Shown here: piece after piece, positions 1-12,977 of the stretch | Layout of the letters: each line of letters starts with the position of its first letter | Position numbering within the stretch: the stretch's first letter is position 1 | Source: Reclinomonas americana ATCC 50394 | Taxonomy: Eukaryota | Assembly: GCA_048213135.1 (NCBI GenBank) | Contig: PS015183.1 | Location: forward strand, 80,241-129,206 | DNA: 48,966 nucleotides | Direction of reading: 5' to 3' | Made by a program: the position numbers and the translations under genes | Notes under the pieces: generated by a model | The model's input: only the letters and a program-made list of their open reading frames with translations | What the model was told of the DNA's origin: nothing | Databases searched by the model: none

Positions 1-205
1 CGCACTCCACACCACGCGCACCCTCCTTGCCTTGAAAAAAACTCAACCGTCTGCATGCCAGTCAGTTTCTGAATCGGAAACCGAAACCGTAAATAATATC
101 ACCTGTCCTTGTCGCGAGAAAAGATCACTCGCTCTTAACTTCTCTCTCTCTCCACACACACACACACTCTCTCCCTCTCTCTCTCTGTCGCCCCACACCA
201 CCACC

Positions 206-1435
206 ATGACCTCCACCGCAGCCGCCAAGGTAAACCCACAAACAAACAAACAACAAGTTGTTGGGGCACGCGCCCATTCACTCTCTAATATCGATCTCCT
301 CCTCCACACACACACAGCGCCCCGATCGCGTCGCCTTTAGCGGGGAAGTGACTGTTGCAGTGGAGAGCGTGCCTCTGGCCTCCGCCTCCACCTTTAGCAC
401 ACCACGGCGACTGGATTTGGCGCAAGTCAGTGCGGCAGTGTCGGCTGCGGTCGCCGAGGCCTCTGCGTGGCCGCACAGTGCAAGGTCAGTCAGTCTCTCT
501 TGTTTAAGTGTCACAAGGTCGGGCGCTCATGCGAGCGATCGCACAGGAGCCTGCGCGATGGAGCGCTCTCACACGCGACGATTGCACTCAATAAGCAGCT
601 GACGGCCAGATCGTTGCGTGGTGATCGCTTTTGTGAGAGAGTGGAGGAGACAGGTGAACTGACTGGTCCCCTCGCAGAGAGCATTCCGACGCTCCAGTGA
701 CGGTGTTGCGATCGGCGCGTCCGGCTGGTGAGCATTATTGACTGGTGATTGCTGCTACGTTGTACTGACGATGAAGTTTTGTTCGTCAGCTGCTGCTGCT
801 GCTGCTGCTGTTGGCGGTGGTGGTGCTGCCGCACAGAGCAATGCTCTGCATGCACCGTCGGCCAGTGGCGCCATGTTCAAGGATCTGTTCTCGCATCTGG
901 AGCACATGATGGAGTCGTCGACGTTGCAGAAGGACAAGTCGGGTGAGTGGATAGAGAGAGAGGGAGTCCTCGCTCTTTGTTTTGTCTCTTATCTCGTCCA
1001 CGCAGATGTTCCCGGAGTCTCTGGCCGCGGCAAGGACCATGGCCATGAGACCAGCACGCACAAGCGTGCTGCTGAGCGCCCGTCGTTCCTCGAGCGCAAG
1101 CCGAGTGTCAAGTTCGAGGGCGACAGCGCCGCACGGCAGCACCTCAACGCACTGCCAGAGGGCATCCGGAGACGACTCCGTTGCGTACCCTTTTCTCCTC
1201 CCTCTTGCTGTGCTCTCCCTCTCGCTGTGCTCCATCTCGCTGTGCTCCCTCCTGCTGTGCTCCCTCTTGCTGTGCTCCCTCTTGCTGTGCTCCCTCTTGC
1301 TGTGCTCCCTCTTGCTGTGCTCCCTCTTGCTGTGCTCCCTCTCGCTCTGCTCCACATCTCGCTGTGCTCACAAACAACTTCTGTTTGGTAGATGAGTTCT
1401 CCGTCGGTCGCAGCACGGCGACACGCAAGCGATGA
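206..1435 (+). CDS. Hypothetical protein, ~7 exons, Ala/Ser-rich
   Basis: ATG at 206 ([14 protein letters not shown]). Exons join in frame via GT-AG introns (including GTTGCG donors at 613 and 1180) to TGA 1433-1435. No recognisable domain. Confidence 0.55.
1195..1368. repeat. 15-nt minisatellite (CTCCCTCTTGCTGTG)n inside the last intron of the first gene
   Basis: Directly visible tandem units. It generates the spurious REHSK/GSTAR/EGAQQ ORFs. Confidence 0.9.
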
Positions 1436-1670
1436 GAGTCGCTCGAGGAAGAAAAAGAAGCAGTTTCCCCCCTCCTTTTGACATGGAGGGAGAGGCACAA
1501 CAACAAACAACATATACAACCCGGCGGCGTCGAAAAGCAGCTGGAAATAGGGAGGGAGAAGTGCCCCTGAAGTAACGAGAATAGTCAAGAAAAACAACGT
1601 CACCACCAAGCACACCAATGTATATCAACACACTAATGAGAATGAGGATATGGGGGGAAAGAGAGAGGGA

Positions 1671-2038
1671 CACTCAGCTCGACGTCTGCTCACTCTGCTC
1701 AGTTCTGGCGATCTATTCTCCTCGCAGTCTCTGCGAGAGAGTCACTGCAAGAAGTCAGATCTGCTCCAACGAATTGCATTACCTTTGCGATAAATAGTGG
1801 CAATTGAGTAAGCACCCAGACCACACAAAAGGAGCCCAGCAAGGACGGAGAAGGAAGATCTGCTCCCACACTCCTCTCTCAAACTCCACTATCTCAGCCA
1901 TAAACTGTGGGAGTTGGGTGAACACCTAAGCCACAGAGTTTCACCTTGAAGCTGCCATCTCCCTCACGGCAGCGCCGGCTGCGTAGGAAGGTCAATGCTC
2001 CCTCTTCTCTCCTATGACTACAGCGTGGCAGCTGCGTG
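1671..2038 (-). ncRNA. Candidate structured ncRNA (RNase P/MRP-like topology), unconfirmed
   Basis: The two ends can pair, there are several internal hairpins, and GAAACUCUGUG (1932-1942) is complementary to GCAGAGU (1692-1698), like a P4 helix. Conserved-region matches are only partial. Confidence 0.25.
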
Positions 2039-2166
2039 AATGTGCTGGGTTAACACCTGTCACGCTCTTCTCTGCAACCCTGTCTCCCTCCCCCACGCTC
2101 CTCCACGATCCACACTGCATTATCAACTTCCTTTCTCTCCCCATCGCACACTGTCAATCCTCCTCC

Positions 2167-4441
2167 ATGCCCTCAGCATCGCCCGCATCAGGTGGCGCCC
2201 TCCGCGATCGCTTCTGTGCCGGCGCCGACTCCTCCAGCGACAACGACGACGCGCGTTTGTGTGAAGCACCAGACGCGGAGGCCGAAGACGAGGAAGGACC
2301 AGAGACACCAACAACAACAGACGAACCCTACACAGACAGTGTGTGTGTGAGAGAGAGAGAAAGAGAGATCGCGGAGAATCACACACACAGACAGACCGCT
2401 CGCCGAGCGCGATTGAGGTGTGTCAGCAGCAGGTTCTCGTCTTTGGTGGCGATGACTGTGAGAGCGCAGGTGAGAGAGAGAGAGAGAGAGAGAGAGCACA
2501 GACACTCACAAACTCTCCCTCATGCACTCACTTTCCTTCTCTCTCTGCGTGTGTGTGTCTCTGTCTGCCTCTCTCTTTCTCTCTCTCTCTCTCTCTCNNN
2601 NNNNNNNNNNNNNNNNNNNNNNNNNNNNNNNNNNNNNNNNNNNNNNNNNNNNNNNNNNNNNNNNNNNNNNNNNNNNNNNNNNNNNNNNNNNNNNNNNNNN
2701 NNNNNNNNNNNNNNNNNNNNNNNNNNNNNNNNNNNNNNNNNNNNNNNNNNNNNNNNNNNNNNNNNNNNNNNNNNNNNNNNNNNNNNNNNNNNNNNNNNNN
2801 NNNNNNNNNNNNNNNNNNNNNNNNNNNNNNNNNNNNNNNNNNNNNNNNNCCGGTGGCAGCAGTGGCGCCAGTACGGAAGAACTGCGGCGGCAGGTGCGCG
2901 AGTTGGTGGCGCTCATGGATAGGGAGGCGGTGGTTGGTGGTGGTGCGGCGGCGGCCACGGGCGGCGAGTGGTCCACCATTCGTGGCCTCACTGGCTTGAT
3001 GAACTTGGGTGCGTGCATGGGTTGAGAGACAGGCAGCAGTTGTTCCGAAGTTATATGTGTTGATAGGTGATGACACGCTGCGATCGCTGTCTTGTCGTGC
3101 GTGCATGTGCGTCTGTGTGCGTGTGTGTATGGGGGAGGGGATATATGGGAGTTGGCGACGGCAGGAGGAGGGGTGCACGAGATTCCGTTCTCTCTCAGAT
3201 TCGACCTGTTTTTTCGTGCGTGTGGACTGACCGCCGGTGCGTCTGTAGCACAACGCGAGGAACAAGTGCGCGATTTGGTTCGACAGGAGCCGGGAGCCAT
3301 AGAACAAGTAGTGGCCTGTCTGGACCAGATGCACCCGGCCGACATTCAAGCCGCCGCCACCCGCTGCGTGCGGGAAATTGGTGAGGACAAGTCGACAAGA
3401 AGAGGAAAATGTGCTTGTGAATGAGAGTGCAGGAGAGAGAGCAGAAGGGTGACAAGAGTAACTGTCGTGCTGTGTGCGTCGTGCTCACGCATTGTCCCGT
3501 GCGACGTGCACTTGCGCAGCACGACAACATGCCGAGAATAAGGAATTGATCCGCGAGGCCGGCGGCATCCGACTGTTGGTGCACCTGTTGTCGAGTAACT
3601 CCCAGTCCATTGCCAGGCGGGCAGCAGCCACCCTGAGTAATCTCGGTGAGTGGTGGTGACTCAGCCTCGTTTGCTGATTGTCGTCGTCGCTCTCACACCC
3701 GTGTGTCATGTCGGCAGCGGCCGAGAATCCCGCCAATAAGATCTGTATCAGCGAGGAGGGCGGCATTCCCGCTGTGGTTCGCCTGCTCTCTGCGGACTCG
3801 CCAAAAACGCAAGAGAACGCCGCGGCGTGCTTGCAGAACTTGGGTGCGTGTGAGGGTTGTTTTGTTGCAACCACGCGCAACGGAGCGTGCGATGACTGAC
3901 CAGTCTCTGTGCGCCATACGTTTAGCGGGTTGCAACATTGCCAATTGCGATCAGATCCGAGAGGCGGGTGGCATCGAGCCGCTGGTCAGGCTGCTGAGTT
4001 GTGGAGTGGAGGCCACTGTCAAGTGTGCGGCGTCGGCGTTGAGAAATCTTGGTGCGCTACCATCAGCTTGTGTCTTGTTGTGAGGGTGGTTGGTTGTTGA
4101 TGGTGTGATGAACAGCTGTGGACAACACCGCCAATCGCGACGCCATTCGTGAGGCAGGTGGTATCAGGCCACTTGTGCAACTGCTGCGTCACAAGAACGT
4201 GTCACTGGTGGACAAGGCGATTGGGGCGTTGAGGAATCTGGGTGAGTGGCGGGAGGGCGAAGGGGGGAAGGGGAAGGAGGAAGAAAATGATTCTCACGTT
4301 GATCCGTGGCCATAGTGGTCAACCCGCCCAACCGCGATGCAATTCGGGAAGCCAACGGTCTGGCTGCCTTGTTGCATCTGTTGGGCAAGCCACCGGAGCC
4401 TCGCGTGACCAAGAATGTGTTGGACATTCTGCGATACTTGA
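2167..4441 (+). CDS. Armadillo (ARM) repeat protein with acidic N-terminus; internal gap; 3' end uncertain (probably continues near 5072)
   Basis: Repeats such as NKELIREAGGIRLLVHLL..AAATLSNL, NRDAIREAGGIRPLVQLL..AIGALRNL. Exons at 3249-3380, 3520-3645, 3718-3843, 3926-4051, 4116-4241, 4316-4441. Confidence 0.9.
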
Positions 4442-5633
4442 GTTGCGCACGCTGCTGGTAGTCGTCATCGGTGTTGGTGGTGTTTCTCCTTGTCTTGGCG
4501 TCTTCCTTGCTTGTCCTGCGTATCTGCTTTTGTTCTTCATTCTCGTCGTGTCCTTGTTGCTTTGTTCTTGTATCCTGTTGCTCTTGTATTTGTTCTTACT
4601 TCTTCAATTATTCATTCGGGCTCCCTGTGTTGTTGTGGTTGTGGTTGTGGTTGTTGTTGTTCTGCTTCTTTCTTGTTCGTCGTGTGGTTCCTGCTCTTTT
4701 GTTCGTCTTTTTCGTTCTCAGAAAGTGGTTACTCTTGTACTTGATATCCGAGGGGAAGTAGGAGAAGGAGGGGGTGAGGGGAAGGAGGAAGAGAAGGAGG
4801 AGGAGTGGGAGAAGAAGACGAACAGCAACAACAACACTAGACGCCCAAATGAACACTTGAAGGAGAAGAGGAAGAGGGAAAAAGTACAAGAAGAAGAACA
4901 ACGAGGTGCAGAGAACGAGTCACAATCCTCCTCCTCCTCCTCCCTCCTCCTCCTCCTCCTTCCTCCTTCCCTCCTTCCCTCCTTCCCTCCTCCCTCCTTN
5001 NNNNNNNNNNNNNNNNNNNGGAGGAGGAGGAGGAGAGGCTCCTCCTCCTCCCAGTCGCCCACTCTTCCACAGATAAAACACAGCTGCTGCGGCTCCTCCT
5101 GCCGCGCCTACCAGCGCCAAAACGCCCATCACAACACGCATGCTCCAGCCTCCTCCACTCTGTTGCACTTGACTACTGCTGCTCACATCCGACGATGACA
5201 TTCTCTCTCACGTGTCTACACAAACACACACTCACACACTCACACGCATACACACACACACGAATGTGTGCGTGCGGTGTATGTGTGTGAGAGAGAGAGA
5301 GAGAGTACACAGAGAGGTTTGTGTGTGATGTTTGGGCGACAAGTTCTCCCGCCGCGTGAGTGAGCTTTTTTTGAGTCCCACTTTTTATGTGTTTTCGCGC
5401 CTTTTGCGGAGATTTTCGTTTGTTTGGCTCTTTACACAAACGTCGCTGATTGTGTGAGGTATTTTATTGTTCGGCGTGTGTGCGGAGGAGGAGCTGCGAG
5501 GAGAGCGTGTGTGGGAAAGTGGGCTGGGGCGAGTGAGAGAGGAATGATGCGTGTGGGAGAGGGTCGAGTTTGAGGATCTTTCTCTTTCTTTTTTTAGCGC
5601 AAAAAAACTGATTGGTTTGTTTCTTCCACATTT

Positions 5634-7317
5634 CTACTGGCGTTGTGTGGCCTGCAGTTGCGCCATCAGAGCTGCCAGGTCAGTCACTGGTGCTGCTGCG
5701 GCAGCGGGTGCGGCAGCGGCGGCCACGGTTTCCGACTCGGTCGGTCGGTATTGGAAGCGCAAACCGGAGGCAAGGCCGGCGGTCAGTGCCGCGTCGCTGC
5801 TCTTCACCGCCGGTGCGCTCTCCTCTTCCACGCAAAAGCCGAACTCCTCAAAGAGAGCCTGCTCCTCGGCGGTGACCTTGGAGGGCTTGGCGGGCGCCGC
5901 GACGGCCGCCGCAGAGGACGACGACGATCCCGACGCCGCCGCCTCCTCCGCCTTGCGTCTCTTGTAGTCCTCCTGACGGGCGCGGCATGACTTGCTGGAG
6001 CATGTCTCGGACGGCCTGAGCACCATGGTCGGGAAGAAATCGCGCAGCGCATTGTAGCCAAGGTAGGCCGACACGGATCCGAAACCGAGCAGGTACCTGC
6101 GCACGCGTGGGAGAGAGTCAAAAAACGCAGTACTTTGTGTGCGAAAAACGGGTCACACTCACTTGAGCGTATTCTGTGCCAGCAGACCGGCCGTGATGCC
6201 CATGGTGGTCGGCAGCGACGCTGCACACACACCCTCACGCTTGATCTTGTGCTCGTCGCCGGCCTCGGCCACCACCAGCGGCGGAGCGCATTCGAAGCAC
6301 GCAGTGGCGCCGGGCACCAGCAACTGAATGTGGCCCGACACAGCATCCTCCGACACACCGCTCTCCATCCACGTCTGGTTGAGCTGATTGCAGGCCTGGT
6401 TGACGGCGAGTCGCGCATTGTAATTGTCGACGCACGACAGCACCAAGTCGAGCGGCTTGCCGTCCTTGCCGCCGGCACGCACAATCTCCACAAACTCGGC
6501 GAACGAGTCCACCGTGGTGATGTTTGCGTGGTGCGCAATAATGTCCACGTCGGGGTTGATGTCGTGCAGCGTGCGGCGCGCGGCCTCCACCTTGGACAGA
6601 CCCGCCTGCTCCGGTCGGAAGAATAGTCGATTCATGTTGGCCATCTCCACCGTGTCGTAGTCCCACAGATGCAGGCGGCCTGCGGCGCGTGGCCCACGGT
6701 AAGCGATGGGAGGGAGGGAGGGAGAGAGGAATGGTGGAAATCTGCTTACCAATGCCACATCGTGTCAGCATTTCGGCGCACACCGAGCCGACGCCGCCGA
6801 CGCCGACAATGCCGACAGTGAACTTGCGAATGTCCTCGTAGTTCTCCACAATGCCCATGCGCTTGAGGGCCATGAGGCGGCTGAATTGGAAGGGGGGAAG
6901 AGAGGGGAAGAGAGGGGGATGAGAGAGGAAGGGAGGAAAGGGGGAAGGAGGAGGGAGGGCAGAGATGGGAAGGAGAGAGGGAAAGGAGGAAAAGAAGTNN
7001 NNNNNNNNNNNNNNNNNNNNNNNNNNNNNNNNNNNNNNNNNNNNNNNNNNNNNNNNNNNNNNNNNNNNNNNNNNNNNNNNNNNNNNNNNNNNNNNNNNNN
7101 NNNNNNNNNNNNNNNNNNNNNNNNNNNNNNNNNNNNNNNNNNNNNNNNNNNNNNNNNNNNNNNNNNNNNNNNNNNNNNNNNNNNNNNNNNNNNNNNNNNN
7201 NNNNNNNNNNNNNNNNNNNNNGGGTGCGAGGAAAATAGAGAGGAAGAGAACGAAGAGAGGTGGTTGCAGGAGGCGCAAGAGAGAGAGAGAGAGAAGAAGA
7301 AGAAGAAGAAGAAGAAG

Positions 7318-7348
<31 letters not shown>

Positions 7349-7866
7349 GAGGCGAGAAGCAAGGAAACGAAGTGGTAAGGGAGGCAGAGAGAAGATGAAG
7401 AGGGAGGAAGAGAACAAGATGAAGGAGGGACGAGACAGAGGAGAAGGAGAGGCTGAAGAGGAAGGAGGAAAAGTGGCTGCAAGAGAAAACAGAGACAGGG
7501 AGAAGTTGAAGGGGGAGACAAGAAGTGGGTGCGGGAAGGATGAGAGACGGAGTGGAGAAGTGGGCTGTGAAGCAAGGAAACGAAGTGGTTAAGGAGACAG
7601 AGAGAAGATGAGGAGGGAGGAAGAGAACAAGATGAAGGAGGGGCTCATTCTTCTTCTTCTTCTTCTTCTTCTTCTTCTTCTTCTTCCTCTTCCTCTCTCC
7701 CTTCTGCAGGAACCCAAGGACAAGCCACAAATGCCGTGCCTGTGAGGGACACAAACGCGTCTCTCTCTCTCTCTCTCTCTCTCGCTCTCTCTCTTGTTCT
7801 CGCCCTCTCACTTCCGTCATACGAGGACAAGCCACGATGTTGCGCCTGTGAGGGACGACAAACGAC

Positions 7867-7905
<39 letters not shown>

Positions 7906-8161
7906 ACACTCATTCTCTCACTTCTCCTCCCTTTCCTCTCGCCCTTCCACCCACCTATACGGATTCTCATCGACCACCTCCATGCTCATTTGCTCCACAC
8001 GCTGTCGCCGAGGACCTGCACACACACACACACTCGTGAATGACTGCTCACATTCACACACACACACATTCACACACACCTTGCACGCCCTCCAGCTCAC
8101 GCACACGCGCCTCCAGCTCCGCCACTCGACGACGCAACACAGCAGACTCCTCGTCAGCCAT
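5634..8161 (-). CDS. UBA5: UFM1-activating enzyme UBA5 (ThiF family), 5 exons
   Basis: Spliced product reads [76 protein letters not shown], and C-terminal [10 protein letters not shown]. These are hallmark UBA5 motifs. Confidence 0.97.
7290..7900. repeat. Complex repeat block in UBA5 intron: (GAA)n, inverted (TTC)n, (CT)n and two short direct duplications
   Basis: GAA run ~7294-7346 and TTC run ~7648-7687. A ~75-nt duplicate at ~7355 and ~7569; an AGGACAAGCCAC...(CT)n duplicate at ~7718 and ~7824. Confidence 0.8.
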
Positions 8162-8306
8162 TCTTACACACACAAAGAGAGTGTCCCGAGTTGCATGCAG
8201 GAGGACGCCAAGTGACAACGTTGCTGTTTCATTCTTTCACTCTCCTCCTTCTCCTTCCCTCTTCACACATAGAAAGAGAGACGCGGGCATGCTATAATCA
8301 CAGCGA

Positions 8307-9395
8307 TCAGCGTCCCAATTCAAGCTGTCGCTGTCTGCACTGCGCCTCGAGAACGTCGAGCTCGGCGCGCTTCAGAGCAATCGCCTACGAGAGAGAGAGA
8401 CACAGCGTGAGATAACGCAGACAACAACAACAAGTAGAGAGAGATGCTGATAGAGGGAACGCACTCGGTCTAGCCGCGCCAGCTCATCGCGCTTGGCAGC
8501 AATGGAGCTGTCGATATCGGAGGAGCCGAATGCGGTCGGCTCGTCGGCGCGTTTGGGTGGCGGTGGTGGCGGTGATGGGCGTGCCTTCTGTGACACGAGT
8601 GTGGCGAGTTTAGTTGCACGTACATGGGGGAAGAGGAGAGCGCGTGCGACGAACCGGCGGAGGTGGTGGCGGTGGCGGCGATGCAGCGACGGAGGGAGGA
8701 GGTGGTGGCGATCTCGCCGACGCTGCAGTGCACAATGAGCGGCTTGCGCGCTGGCGTGTGACTGACATAAGAGAGACGCACACAGCATGGGTGGCGGTGG
8801 GGGACCAGTGGGGGCGGCCAGTGGCGGCGGCTGCGGAACACGCGGCTTCTCGCGCGGCTTTGGTGCCTCCAGTCGCTCCTGAATGCCCGGTCGCTCAGAG
8901 ACCACTGCCGTCTCCACTCGCCCGTAGTCGCCGCCGCCCTTGACCTGTCACTGCGCAGTGAGCAGCAGCAGCAGCAGGAGCACGACTGCATCACGCGGAA
9001 CGCAACTCGCACATGATCCATCGACCGCACCGCATCCTCGCGCTTTGCTCGCACCGAGGCAATCACATCGTGGTAGTCTTTCTTTGGCTTCTCCTCCACT
9101 GGAGCAGCAGCCGCAGCAGCAGCGCCTGTGGGATCCTCGGCAGCCGCTTTCTGCAAGGAGAGAGACGTGAGCAAAAGAGAGAAACAGAGAGTGGAGGAAC
9201 AGAAGAAACGAAACCTCGCGCTTGGCCGCCAGCTGCTTGGCTGTGTCGCAAGAGAGAGGAGCAGCAGATAAGTGAGCGTGTGCTCTCTCAAAGATTCATA
9301 GGGTCTCTCTCCCTCTCTCTCTCTTTCTCTCTCCCTCTTGCTTTCCCTGAGGATCCTCTTAGACCTTCTGCTTCTACTATACCTCAGCTCCCAGC

Positions 9396-9429
<34 letters not shown>

Positions 9430-9545
9430 GAACAATCAGCGGAACAAATCAATCACTCAATCACACACTCACACATTCTCTCTCTCACACACACTCACAC
9501 ACACACACACTCACCAATATAGCTCGAGGCCTGCTGCGAAGCCAT
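8307..9545 (-). CDS. Hypothetical proline-rich / coiled-coil protein
   Basis: MASQQASSYI/AKQLAAKRE/KAAAEDP...MDHVR/VKGGG...poly-Pro exons.../AIALKRAELDVLEAQCRQRQLELGR* join in frame via GT-AG introns. Confidence 0.65.
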
Positions 9546-9822
9546 TCCAATAGCAACTCCTTTCGCTCTTTGAAACACCAATCAGACACTGACCGACTCT
9601 CACACACAGACACACACACACACACACACACGCACAGAGAGACGCAACACTTGACCAATAGAGGGACGAGTGATGGCAAGAGTGGTGGCAGTCACAATAG
9701 CTCCGGCAATCGCAAAGTCACGTGAGTTGGGCGCGCTCATGCACCGACTTAGGTCGCCAGTCAGTCGATCCGCGCTCTCCTCTCAATCACAACGCTCACT
9801 GACTTGTGTGTGAGACAAAGCG

Positions 9823-11090
9823 ATGCCCTCTGTTCGTCTGCCCACATGTTGTCTCCTGCTCTCGCCTCTGGGAAACCCGCTCGTGTGGTGGAGTGGCGTG
9901 TGTGAGCGCGCAGTGCTTGATGGAGACAACGATGATGAAGATGATGATGATGATGAAAGTGGCAGTGTTCAGGCAGCAGATGATGATGAAAGTGGTACGC
10001 GGTGCGAGTGGAATGTTCAGCACTTGGCGCAGCTGTTGGTCACGTTGCAGGATGTGTGCGCACAGTTCAGTCATCGTTGTCGTTGTCGATGTTGTTGTCT
10101 TCTCTGTGCGCGCACGCTCTTATACGCACGCTGTGTGTGTCTATTCAGTCCTCTGTGTGCGGCGGTCACGTTGAACGGGTGGACGTTTACGATTTTCGAT
10201 CATAAGAGTGTCATGACGGCGATTGGATCGCGTGTGCCTCCCGGGGCGGTGGTGTTGCCTGCGGATGATAGACTAGTTGAGTGGCGCTCTCTTGTGCCTC
10301 GCGCGTCTCTCCTTGCTGACGGATTTGTTGGTAGAGATGCATGCAGATAGGCAATGCGTTTTCGCGTGCGTTTCGTCGTGTGCTGGACGAGCACTTTGGG
10401 CAGGAGAAGGTAGCGAGTGGCGTGTGCATGCACGTGTGTGTGTGTGTTCATGTGTCGTCGCCTTGTGGGTTGACTGCGAGCCGTGCGTGTAGGATGCGTG
10501 GGATATGTCGATGCGATCGTATACGAGTCGGACAGAGTTGTCGGCGAGGGAGACTGGTGGCAGCATTCGCGCGTGGTCGCAGCACACGTTGCCGAATTTC
10601 GGTGCGTTTCGGCAGACGTATTTGCGTCATGTGCTGGGAGTGCGTGCGTATCCCGCCAAGTGGTTGTCGCCGGTGTTGGAGGAGGACGCGGTGATTGGTG
10701 CTCGCGTGGTCGACTTGCGTGCCGATGCCGTGTCGGTGGCCGCCCTCTTCCGTTCGCAGGTTCGCATGGAAGAAACAAACAGCCTACTGTGTGTCCGCCC
10801 TTTGTGCTAACTGCGGTGTTCTGATGGCAGTGTCGCCGTCGTCGCGCGTCGACAGCACTGGATCGCCGCCTGGAGAGTGTGTGTTCGCGCACCGACGGAC
10901 CGCTGTGGAGCACGGTGATCAAGCACATGAACGAGATGGCGAATGTGTTTCAGGCCCCCGAGGTTCACCATCTTTCGTTGCGCCACGCATGCATGCGCAC
11001 CCTGCTGATGGTCTGCGTGTCGCACAGGGTGGTGGTTCTAGCGCAGCAGCAACAGCGGTGGCCGGACCAAAAGTGGGTGCTCTGCGATTA
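9823..11090 (+). CDS. Hypothetical multi-exon protein (boundaries approximate)
   Basis: Protein-like exon blocks (DDEDDDDDESGS..., IGNAFSRAFRRVLDEHFGQEK, ...GPLWSTVIKHMNEMANVFQAPE) separated by GT-AG introns. No family recognised. Confidence 0.45.
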
Positions 11091-11348
11091 GCGGTGACCA
11101 CTTCGGTGATCCTCACTGTGCTGATGCGCGTGGTGCGACTAACTTCGGCCGCCGGCTTGCTCGTGTTTGTGCTGGAGACCACGGTAGGCTATTAATGATC
11201 GAACAGAACCACACACCACGCATCTCACTTTGTTTGCACCCTCAGTCTCCACCACCACCACCACCACCACCATCATCATCGTATACGGGATTGGCAGGTG
11301 CGTGTGTGCGAGCGCATCTCTCTCTCTCTCTCTATGTGTGTGTGTGTG

Positions 11349-11388
<40 letters not shown>

Positions 11389-11553
11389 NNNNNNNNNNNN
11401 NNNNNNNNNNNNNNNNNNNNNNNNNNNNNNNNNNNNNNNNNNNNNNNNNNNNNCCACCACCACCACCACTCACTCATCGTATACGGTACGTTAGGTCGAG
11501 TGCGTGTGTGTCGAGCGCGACTCTCTCTCTCTCTCTCTATGTGTGTGTGTGTG

Positions 11554-11613
<60 letters not shown>

Positions 11614-11641
11614 GTTCGTCTGATTCGTGTCAGCTGCAGAA

Positions 11642-12761
11642 ATGCATACGGCGCCCCAGTTCGTGAACAACCCGACTCACTTGCCGCCCTCGTTGATGGC
11701 GCGCATCGACGCTTGCGGTGCGCCATCGACATTGCATTCTCTTTCTTTTTTAATCTTGCGTCGCGTCTCATTCGTCTCCCCACCTGCGCCAGGCAAGACC
11801 ATCTCTCTTGCGTTTCCCAAACGCATCACCGCCGACCACTTTGACGACATGCACTCGAAGCGCCCTCCAGCTCCCGCCGACACACTGCGTGTCAGCGTAC
11901 CGCTGCTGCTGCCGCCACCACCACTTCCCGAACAACCGCCTGTGCGACCGCCAAGTGCTGCGCGTGCTGGCCGCTTCCGGCAATCGTCGAGCGGAGAGGT
12001 TTCCGCGGCTCCACCACCACCACCNNNNNNNNNNNNNNNNNNNNGTCACCGCCACCCTTGACGCCGCCCGCGTCGGCGCGATTGCCGCCTCCAGAAATCA
12101 CGGCCAGTCCGCAGACGCCAAAGAATGCGCGTGCGCTGAAGAATATGATGCTGTTGCGTCGCTCGGTGCACGAAGGAAGATGATTGGCGGCGCTGAAGTG
12201 TGTTTTCTCGATCGTAGAATGGAGGGCGCCGGCGCTGCGCATGTACTGGAGGGCAAGGCCACGTTTGTGGCAACACCACGTCGTCGTACGTCGTTTGATT
12301 ATGCCAGTGATCGTGAGGTGCGTGCGTGGGCCACGTGGGGTATGTACGCTGGAGAGCAACAGGCTGATTTGCACGCGTGGTAGAGTGTCTTGTCGCTGCG
12401 GTTCATCGATGGTTTGTGTTTGGACGCCACACCGCGTGTCAAGGCCACCCCGCGTCGGTTTGTGTGTGGCAGTGTGTGTGTTTGCCTCGACGTCGTGTGT
12501 GTTTGTGTTGACGGCGTCGGGTTTGCGCAGACGACCATCATTCGAGGCCGTCACCAGGGACATTTTCGAAAACGTGCGCACCAAGATGGTACGCAGTGCA
12601 GTGCGCAGGTAGTGCAGCGATACACTCTGAGTCTCACTCGCCACTCACAGAGTCCACGGTATCCGTCGCGGATGCCATCACTGACGGCCAACGTGCCCTC
12701 GCCAAAGCTGCCGGCGCCCAAGTCGCCGCCACCAAGGGCACTCTTCGTGGGCGATGATTAA
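11642..12761 (+). CDS. Hypothetical Pro-rich protein (boundaries approximate, small gap)
   Basis: Exon blocks GKTISLAFPKRITADHF..., RPSFEAVTRDIFENVRTKM, SPRYPSRMP...LFVGDD* with canonical splice sites. Confidence 0.45.
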
Positions 12762-12977
12762 TGAGTGCGGGGAGGAAGGAGAAGGATAGAAAAAGATGAA
12801 GAAACAGTGCGTTGAAAGCGAGCTACTGCACCTACAGCAAGCGACGCTGGTGGGAGCGAAACGATGACAACCTCAATGTATTTGTTGCATCTCTTTGTCA
12901 AGGTACGCAGCTGCAGAGACCATAATGCAAAGTACGACAACTGACCATCACACACTGCACGCCGGCGCACCTCTTAT

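Noticed and set aside
1195-1368. CRISPR-like array
   Set aside because: The repeats are contiguous with no unique spacers, and the context is eukaryotic.
786-1618. Repetitive ORFs (REHSK, GSTAR, EGAQQ, CAPSC)
   Set aside because: They are translations of an intronic 15-nt minisatellite in all frames, not proteins.
1960-2000. TPP riboswitch (GCGTAGGAAG resembles its 3' end)
   Set aside because: No upstream CUGAGA motif or P2/P3 arrangement on that strand.
3067-3230. C/D snoRNA in ARM intron (GTGATGA ... CTGA)
   Set aside because: The interior is GT microsatellite, CTGAC is the likely branch point, and there is no terminal stem.
11251-11610. Direct duplication of a CCA/CT/GT block on both sides of a gap
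   Set aside because: Probably two haplotype versions of a microsatellite placed in tandem by the scaffolder.
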